Below are positions 55,182 through 64,000 of a stretch of DNA of 64,000 nucleotides, piece by piece. The DNA is from Epiperipatus broadwayi. Its lineage: Eukaryota; Animalia; Onychophora. The stretch lies in assembly GCA_028023455.1 (NCBI GenBank), contig JAQFVV010000001.1, positions 32,674,001 to 32,738,000 of the forward strand. Direction: 5' to 3'. The stretch's first letter is position 1. Each line of letters begins with the position of its first letter. Below the pieces are notes generated by a model, which was not told the DNA's origin, made no database searches, and worked only from the letters and a program-made list of their open reading frames with translations. The translations under genes and the position numbers were made by a program.

Positions 55182-55351
55182 TATTGATACTGAATACCCC
55201 CACAAGAGATATGTTAAAGAAGATTCATGGACTATGATACATATATCTACTAGAGAATGATTCTATTATTGATACTGAATATCCCCACAAGAGATATGTT
55301 AAAGAAGAATCATGGACTATGATAGATGTGGCTATTAGAGAATGATTCTAG
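55182..55351. repeat. Tandem duplication, 85-bp unit x2
   Basis: TATTGATACTGAATA.CCCCACAAGAGATATGTTAAAGAAGA.TCATGGACTATGATA...TAGAGAATGATTCTA at 55182 and 55267. Confidence 0.92.
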
Positions 55352-56584
55352 TTATTTTTGGTTACCTCCTTATATATCTAAGTTCATAAATATTATTTTC
55401 ATATTCTATGATATATTTAATATTTGATCCTTTATTAAAGTTTATAAAATTACCCATTCAAAAAAGTATTACTATTCAACATGTCAATTGTAACACAATA
55501 ATAACTATTTAATTTGCATATGGCATGATTTCTTTAAAGTGTCTGCCATTGTTTGATAGCTAACACGCTGAAAGTATAATTAGTGAATGTTAAATCATAA
55601 TATGAAGCAAATTAATATAAACTCTATTGATTGTTTTTATATCTATAATAAAAAAATGTATTACTTATAATTGTACATATAATAAAGCTGACTAATTAAC
55701 CAATCATTATTTAAATCAAAGCAAAGAAAGGTATTAATTGCTATATGGACTTATTTTGTTCCATAACTAGAAACACTTCCAAGCCCTCTGGAAATTAAAT
55801 ATCAATGGCAAATAATATATAGTCTTTAAATAAGTTGAATAAAGATATAATATAAAATAGTTTAGGAAGGGAATTCATAAAATAAAAAGTGAGAACCTAC
55901 AACATGATATCCTAGCACACACAGAGAGAAGTGCTAATGGTTTTATTAATCTGAAGAGTTCATAAGAAGGTCAAACACCAGAATCCATCTTGGGATTTTT
56001 AATTCTAAGTTGAACACTTTACCAACTGTGCATAAAAGAAATTTAAAATAAAACAGCCTGTGTAAATGATATATAAATGCTATGAAACATGTAAAAGAGA
56101 GGCAGCACATTTTACGATCTAAGAATACATTAATTAAAGTGAAATTCTAAAGAATAGTTAACAGTATAAACTAATATTTTTAATCAAAAAAGGGAAGAGT
56201 ATTCAAAAATCTACATTGCATTATTTAATTCATAAAGATAAAATAATTAAAATTTTATAGAGTATGTGAATCTATAAATTTGTTTTAAAAAGAGACGAAT
56301 GGGTTTTTTTTTTGGATTTTGTGCTGCAGGTTGACTCTATAAGTTAAATCAAAGAAAGTGGATATATAATTATTGAATCTATTTATGGATTAAAATAGAA
56401 TATATTTTAATATATTCAAAAACAAAAAATGTTTTTCTAAGAATGCCGAATTCGCCATGTACAAAGATGAAATTTCATTTTTTGTGTATAGATATAGCTT
56501 TATTTTATATATATATATAATTTGGAAAATTATACAAAACATACACTTATAAAATAAAATAATAAAATACAATTATAAAATCAA

Positions 56585-56684
56585 CTTCTCACATGCACAT
56601 TTAGAATGCTTATATAACAGCCAATAAATCATCATTACATCTTATTGGCTATTATATAAGCATTCTAAATGCGCATGCGAGAAG
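56585..56684. repeat. 100-bp foldback (43-bp arms, 14-nt loop)
   Basis: CTTCTCACATGCACATTTAGAATGCTTATATAACAGCCAATAA vs reverse complement of 56642-56684: 3 mismatches, all transitions. Confidence 0.92.
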
Positions 56685-58609
56685 GTTTCAGCCTTTCACT
56701 GTTATTATGAACTGCTTGCACTTAATAAATAATATTTACATAAAATTAACTTCTATAAGTTTGAAAATAAAAACAACTGAATTCTGTAATATTTTAATTA
56801 GACAAAAATCAATAAAAAAAAAAACTTAATAGGATTAAGAACAGAATAAAAAAACAACTCATGAAATTTGCCCATTAAGACAGGAAAGATGCTCAACAGT
56901 ATAGAAAAGTTATTTTTTCCAGGTACATGCAAATTGGTTGTGATAAGCAAAAAAACTGAGATATAAAGAATTGAGAGACTAACTTAATTATTCATTAGTC
57001 ATTTTAATAGAGATTTACATACCTGTTGCATTATCATAGTAAGAGCAAATAGTATGGAAAAATTATTAGAGCAATTATCAGTTCATCTGATAACAGAAGG
57101 TATCAGTCTAGTATTGGGAAGTTGTAATTTTTATTATATTTTTTCAACAGCTATAAACAAACATATTTATATGTATGTTGTGTAATGAGTGTATCCTCTA
57201 TTTGACATATATAATTTATTCTTTCCATTTACTCTAACTAATGATGGACATAGAATCGCAATCAGACCTGTATGTAACCAAATTCTTGGTTCAAATTATT
57301 TAGTGATATGAATTTAAGATTCATTTTATTAATGACACACAAAAAAATAATAATTTAATTGGAGATATGATGCAGTTAACAGATCTATCCTGATAAAATA
57401 ACTTCCGTAAGATAGATAAATTTAATTGTCCCCATTGTATTTATGAAAATTGACTTATCGATCACAAGTGTCAATCTATTGGATAAAGTAAGAATTACAC
57501 CAATAACTTTTACACATTGATTCCTCATATATTTATGTGAGATATTAGCCCAACCCATTCTAATTCAGTATCTCAAGGGGTAGTGGTTATGGCACCATTG
57601 AAGCACATAGATCATTTATGAGTAAGAAGGTAGAGTAAGAAGGTATGACAATTCCATTTGAGTAATTTTTATGATACATATAAAATCAGTTTCTTGTGCC
57701 TTTCTGTAAAATATGCTAATAAGATCTAATTGTAAATTTGTTAGAATTTGTTATTTCCTCAACCTAAATGGATTATTTACTTTATAAACCCTCTATATTA
57801 CTAGTTGTATAAATTTGGTAAAATCAACACACATATGCATAATACAAGAAAGTAAATGATTATAACTATAAAAATAATTATGTATATATTATGAGAAGAT
57901 GGATATCAAAATCTTTTATTTATTGATTTCCTAACATTTAATATTGGTACAATACATTTGAACAATTTAACTATAATGATTATAAACATTTAAAAATATA
58001 TATACACCTGGGTCTTGTTTTATGCGGTAGATAGGTTCCTCAGAAAATGCGCACAAAAAAAATCACACAAAAATAGACTTAACTTACCTTGAAAAATGAG
58101 GGATACATACTGTAATTTTCCAAAAATCGCATAAAAGCAAAGCAACAACATAAAATTACTTTAAAATTTGCATTAAAAAAAAATAAGAAAATAAAATATG
58201 AGTAATAAAAAATTTCAAATTTGAAAAAAACTGATATAAGACAAACTTTTTTTTACTATTTTTATTAACTACAGTATTTAATTTTATTCAAAACGATATA
58301 TTTTTATGCATAATTTACATTTTTTTCATACATGGTATTTTAATTATTATCGCTATTTGAGACATCAGATTCATCATGATGTGATGTGAGGTACTGTAGC
58401 TTCTCCTTAAATGAAGTCAAGAGGAAATACAACTAAAACATTTTCCAATTACTATTGATCCTTCCCATTTCACTAAGCAATCTAAAATTGAAATTTTTAT
58501 TTCCAAAGAAATGTATTTTCTTGGGTGTTTTTTTTCTCTCCGTTAGAGTAAACTAAAAGTTTAAAATTTAAAAACTTAGGCTTACAATAATAAAAAGACA
58601 CCAACTCAC

Positions 58610-58804
58610 CACTGTTGGGCAAAATTTAATTAAAACTAACAATTAAAAATTAAATTCTTATTTTTGTCTTTAATTTTTTAATTTTCAATTCCGTTTAAAA
58701 ATCAAATTTCATCATTTCACATCACCTCATTACATAATTTTTAAATTGTTAATTACAATTAAAAATCAGATTTTAATTGTCAGATTTAATTGTGCCCACT
58801 GCTG
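58610..58804. mobile_element. Nested hAT-like MITE
   Basis: Imperfect TIR CACTGTTGGGCAAAATT / AATTGTGCCCACTGCTG. 8-bp TSD-like CAACTCAC (58602-58609) / TTACTCAC (58805-58812). Confidence 0.65.
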
Positions 58805-58828
58805 TTACTCACCTTTTAAAAATAAACT

Positions 58829-59127
58829 TGTGGACACTAAATGATTAATTGATTATGTACTCATTTTATAAAAAGCAAAAATTGAACGTGATTTTAAATG
58901 CAAAAACAAAAACATATGTAGTCTAGGCATCTATAATGTTTGAATAGATTTACATTATAATCTTGTAAAATTTATTACTTGCGGACACTAAATGATTAAT
59001 TCATTATGTACTCTTTTTATAAAAAGCAAAAATAGAATGTGATTTAAAATGCAAAAACAACAACAAACATAATATTTTTCATCTATAATGTTTGAACAGA
59101 TTTACATTATAGTCTTGTAAAATTTAA
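58829..59127. repeat. Tandem duplication, 151-bp unit x2
   Basis: TG(T/C)GGACACTAAATGATTAATT...TCTTGTAAAATTTA at 58829 and 58980. Confidence 0.92.
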
Positions 59128-59229
59128 TGTGTGTATATAAAATGGGGAAATTCTGATTTTAAGTGAATTATGAATTTCTTTATTACATAAAATCTATTAC
59201 AGTACTATTATAAAGTGCTGAAAATATTG

Positions 59230-59354
59230 AAATTATTAGATGGAAGTCGAACTCCAATAATGTGCTATTACTTCAAATATGATGTGAGTGCGCAAAATTT
59301 ATAATATTTAAAGTAATAGCACATTATCGAAGTTCAACTTCTGATCTAATAATT
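59230..59354. repeat. Foldback with about 51-bp arms and about 23-nt loop
   Basis: AAATTATTAGATGGAAGTCGAACTCCAATAATGTGCTATTACTTCAAATAT vs reverse complement of 59304-59354. Confidence 0.85.
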
Positions 59355-60299
59355 TTTATCACATAAAAGGAAACGCATACAAAGATATTAAGAAGAATCA
59401 TGAATCGCATAACTTCAAAATCTCATTAAATAAATCCACATAAAATGAGATCCAGGTGTATATACATTTTTTCCTGGGAACAGATAAAATTACTATATGT
59501 CAGTAAGCTTACATTTAGAAGACCAGTAATATTCATTATTTTAAACAGTTTATTTTTTGTTTCTTTTCTGGTTGTTGATTCTTCAGTTGAGAATCACATT
59601 TAAGATTTTCTATATTTGTCTGCAAAAGTCTTTAATGCAATATTTGATAGCGATAGTCAGGTGGCAGGGTTTCCAATGATTTACATTTATGGAGACTAGA
59701 TAGGATTCCAACAAGCTTTAGCTTTACCCCACTCTATTAATATCACTTATATTACTCATTTGACCTTTTTGAAGCTTAATAATTCTCCTATTTTCTTCTT
59801 TTTTCCTTTTTATACCTCCCTCCACTCACCTGATGCCATGAATGTTCTTCTCAATTTTTTTTCTTTTTCTTCCATTTTTTTAAATCAATTACATAAAAAA
59901 AAAAATACAAATATTTTGGCACACAATCAATTTTCAATCTTATAATATTTTAATTGACATTATTATTATTTATCAGATTGGTTTAAAATAATATTATTTT
60001 TGATGTTTATCTGCTTTGACCTAAAATTATTTTTGTACATTTACATCCGCTTTCTTTTGTCTGATTACAAAATTTGAACAAAAGTAGGAAAAAATAACTT
60101 TTAACTATAAATGTAGATTTTCCAAGAATTTGGAGATATAACAATGGAAAGATGAATAAACAAAACAAAAAAAAGTATATATACAGAAATTTATCTCCAA
60201 ATTCCAAATTTATTACAGTGATAATAAAAAAAAAAGTTTGAGTTCAGCAGATTTTCAAATTAGATTTCATGTATTATGAGCACAAATTATTTATCTTTT

Positions 60300-62620
60300 T
60301 TTTAATGTCTTCTATAATATCTATAATTAAAAAAAAAAAAATCTATCTGAATATAGATATTTTGATTATATGTTGACTGTGCATATACATATGTGATGAA
60401 TTTAAAGAAAGCTTCATGATAAGTAGTTGGCCCTTGTAATAGGGTTCGAACTGGGTTCCTGTTACAAATACCCCCCCCCCGTTCAGAAGCCTTCAAAATG
60501 GGGTTGCCTTATTTTGATGGCTCTTAAATGTTACTTTAATTTTGACACTTTGCATGATGGTGCAGATTTGAGTGATCTGGCATTATAGGATTCTCTGATC
60601 TCCTGCCCAGTATCTATCCAAAACTTTTTGTTCGATTGGCATCACACAATAATGAATGGACTTTCATACAGATTACAAAACTTTCAGCTTATAAATTTCC
60701 CTGGGTTGCTCATGTGTGGTGTCTTTACCATTACTGTTTCTCCTACCTTAAACCTATGTCAGGTCCCTACTGGTCTTTTATTTCTCTTTTGGTTTCTTTT
60801 GAAAAGTTTGATATATCCAAACCATATCAATGTCAAGTTCTATGGGTAATTTTTTCACTTCTAGTAAAATAGTCTTTATCAACTTAGGAGTGGGTTTACC
60901 AAAATGCAGACACATGGGTGAAATCTCATTGATTCATTGATAGACCAGTTAATATAGTTGACTATATGTGAAATTTGCCTGACTCGAACCCTGTGATTTG
61001 TCAGAATGCATGTTCTAAATAATTGCTCCAATTCACACATTACCTGTTCACGAAAGTTAGATTATGGGTTGCTGATAGACATTAATACATGTTTTATACC
61101 TAGTCTCTGGATCCATTTCTGCTGTTTTTTAGATACAAATGGTGCACCATGAACAGAAAGAAGGACTTGAGGTTTCCCTATGGCCAGAAAATGCACATTT
61201 TCTAACATCTGTATCATGTTTTTGGCATTTACTAGCATGACTGGGTATGTGGCCACAAATTTAGAAAATAAGTCATTTACCACTATGAAGTATTTCTTTT
61301 TATTAAATGTCAGTAATGGACCATAATAATCCATAGCCATCACCTCTTGAAGCTTCTTTGGAATTATGGATATTATCAGGGTTACATAACTCTTGTTTGT
61401 GAGTTTGGCTTTTTGACAGATTTCACACTGGTTTATTACTGCAATAACCTTGCTATGCATGCCTGGATAATAGAACCACTTTTAAAGCCAATGTTTAGTT
61501 TTGGTAGTACCATAGAGCCCATATAATTTGTGGACATGAGCTATGACAGCATCTTTCATTTGGCAAGGTATGACAGGCATCTATTCCTCTTAATTATCCC
61601 AAATCTTATATTGAAATATGAATTGGTTTAGTTTGTAATGACCAATTTTTTATTTCCTAACCCATCCTATGGTCATTGTTCCTTTCCCTTCCAGCCATTC
61701 AATTCACACTTTCAATTGTACATTCTCATATTGGTACTGGGTCAGCCATCCAAGATCTTTTTCAACTTCTTCATTTTTTCTTAGGTCTATGCCTGCTATA
61801 TATAAGCTTTCCCTATTTAAATATTGAGATTAGAGGCATTCAGGGTTTCAGCTGAGAATATTAGTCACTATATTCTCTGACCCTTTCCAATACCTCATAA
61901 TATTATTGTATTCTTGGAGATACAAACTCCAGTGCATTAACCAACTATTGTTTAGATAGCTGTGGTTTATAAACTCCAAGTTTTTATGGTCCATGATCAC
62001 AATAACTTTTTATCCTAGTAAGAGTGGGCAAAACTTTTGGAATGCTCATACAATCACTAGAGTTTTCTTTTCTGTTGTGGTATAATTGAATTCAGACTCC
62101 TCAAATAATCAGCTTATAAAATACAATACACCTATTTATTGAACCTGGGATAAAATCACCCCCAAAACATACTTACTACTATCCATTTGCACTGTAAACA
62201 GTTTCATAAAATCAGAAAATGTTAATGTAATGTTTTTCATATACCCTTCTTTGACACTTGCAAATTCTCTATCTTGTTCCAGCATCCATTCCCATGGAAC
62301 ATTTTTTTCTTGAGTAACCTTACTAAAGGTTCTATCAATTTTGCAAATTGTTCCTGGAATCTATTGTAAAAGTTGCATAGACCCAAGAATGACTGAATTT
62401 GTTTCCCAGACTTAGGTATAGGTAAGTTCCTAATGGCTAATACTTTACCAGGTTGAGACCTAATACCTTGTGCCCCCCTACACGGCCTTAAAATGTAACA
62501 TCCTGAAAAAACACTTTTTTAGATTTACTTTAATTCCTTTTCTCATACATTTCTTGAGGAACATTTCAACATCCCTTATATGTTCTTCACCAGTTGCTTA
62601 CTAATAAAAGATATTACAGT
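60300..62620 (-). mobile_element. 5'-truncated degenerate gypsy (copy C, same family as copy A)
   Basis: Late RT (EEHIRDVEMFL, about 62550-62600), RNase H, integrase ORF 61062-61460 (CEICQK, AMDYYGPL, NDLFSKF), PPT G10 at 60471-60480, and the 3' LTR starting TGTAAC at 60466 reading leftward. LTR far end not determined. Confidence 0.88.
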
Positions 62621-62649
62621 TAATTAACAGTCTAAATATATTCAAAGTT

Positions 62650-63400
62650 AGAATATGAAGGCATTATTTTATTTGTTAATTCATGTCTTGTAAATGTCTA
62701 ATCAATAAATGATAAAGTGTGTAATAAAAGAGATATCAAATCCAGATTAGTAAATGTATTTGTAAATTTAGGAATTAGGACAAACAGTCCCAATGTGAAC
62801 CAATTATATTTGTTTTAATTGCAAAATGTAAATAAATGCATTGTTTATTATTTAAAACTTTGTCTTCAGTTTTTCTTATATGCATTCATATTCTACTTTC
62901 CACATTCCACATATCATGCATTACTTTGTAAATTTGATAATAAACATACTGAAATCTGATAATATTGTTCTCTTGATCCAAACATTATGTGAAATACTTT
63001 ACCATTTGGTAAACTTATAAAAAGGGTTGTATATTAAGTTTATTATTTAGACAATGATGTGGGATAAAAAGATACCAGTGAAACATCTTTCAATTTATTC
63101 CATTATTTTTTTATAATAGTTATAAGTTAGTGTACAATAGAATTTCTTTAATCAAATTGTATTAAAGGTTCCCTGAGATCTAATTTCATAGTTCCAAATT
63201 AATATCAATTTATCTATTTAGATTAACATGTGCTAGATGGTGGGGTTATTCAATATCATGTTTTCTGTTGAAGTTACATTGTAGTTAATATATGAGTGTA
63301 TTTAGATGATGGAAGAAATCAAATGTAAATTATAGTTTATTAGCTTGAATAAATAAAACTTTATTGATTTCTATTGTTTGGTTGATTGACAAGTTGAGAC
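62650..63400 (-). mobile_element. Possible Penelope-like RT relic
   Basis: Faint KQI..GS..G..LSP-like and IDD-like remnants on the minus strand at about 62700-62830. Confidence 0.2.
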
Positions 63401-63651
63401 ATATATCTTATGTTACTGATCAATAGTATTTTTTCCTTCATTTATTTACATTCTATATATTCTTAACTTTCTATAACCCTCCACTGAGTTAAGCTATAAG
63501 TCAGGCACAAGTAGAAGAGTCTCAATACTAATTCAAAGCAAAATAAAGTTGTTAATTTATTCTATTCATTAATAGAATTGGCGCCCTGGGCATTTTGCTC
63601 ATATGATGTGTAGGATCAGTGTTAATGGGGGAGTTTTATATATATATATAT

Positions 63652-64000
63652 GTCCACAGATGGCGTTCTACCAAAAATGCCAATCAAGCGTATGTTTTGT
63701 TTACATAAACGTCAGAGTAGTTAGTATTCACTATCTCTAACTATAATTCCACTTTCAGATCATGATTTCAAGCTATTTGCTATTGTCAGTGAAAGACAGG
63801 AATAAAGAAACTAGATCTAAATACAAACTCTGAGCGTTTATGAAACAATTTCTATTCAGCTTGCAAGCGTGAATTTTTTAGACACGTAATGTCTTCAAAC
63901 TCAGCATAGCAAACCAGATAGCTATATGGGTCTGATCTCAGTTCAGCATCACCACAAGATCGGAAGAGCGTCGTGCAATCTATATCATTGCAAGAAAGAC
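63652..64000 (+). mobile_element. Probable young TE end inserted in a (TA)n run
   Basis: Abrupt start after the TA run (63637-63651), AGATGGCG motif common near DNA-transposon ends, retained CpGs. Runs off the window. Confidence 0.3.
63957..63975 (+). other. Illumina TruSeq adapter match (probable artefact)
   Basis: AGATCGGAAGAGCGTCGTG is an exact 19-nt match to the start of the TruSeq read-2 adapter. Confidence 0.75.

Larger units (their letters stand above)
58005..59458. mobile_element. Non-autonomous pogo/Tigger-like element (TA TSD), composite
   Basis: TA|CACCTGGGTCTTGTTTTATGCGG ... CCACATAAAATGAGATCCAGGTG|TA, 23-bp TIR with 4 transitions. No transposase ORF. Confidence 0.8.

Noticed and set aside
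55182-55351. CRISPR-like repeat array
   Set aside because: Only two full tandem copies, no unique spacers, no cas genes, eukaryotic context. The same applies to 47272-47329.
1905-60872. Most of the 60-123 aa ORFs in the supplied track
   Set aside because: F/I/L/K/N/Y-rich translations typical of AT-rich non-coding DNA, or antisense frames of TEs (e.g. 24055-24426, 25130-25390, 8321-8566, 31387-31632). No recognisable domains.

Overview
This window looks like very AT-rich (roughly 75% by eye) eukaryotic, probably invertebrate animal, genomic DNA made mostly of decayed transposable elements. I found no intact recognisable host gene, RNA gene or CRISPR array. The best-supported features are: (1) a structurally complete but decayed Ty3/gypsy LTR retrotransposon at 29391-34911 (+), with both LTRs, PBS, PPT and a 5-bp TSD; (2) two degenerate copies of a second gypsy family on the minus strand (about 6690-10450 and 60300-62620); (3) a near full-length decayed RTE-clade LINE (about 23820-26230, +); (4) mariner relics at 52.4-55.1 kb; (5) two hAT-type MITEs with 8-bp TSDs and a TA-flanked pogo/Tigger-like composite element; (6) an unusually dense set of foldback (long inverted repeat) elements; and (7) microsatellites. 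The most interesting observations are three. Several foldback arms carry canonical RFX, NRF1 or MITF/USF motifs. Old TEs are strongly CpG-depleted while three zones retain CpGs and lie next to weak plus-strand exon candidates. A 19-nt Illumina adapter match lies near the window end. All gene candidates are low confidence, and all counts and identities are by-eye estimates.
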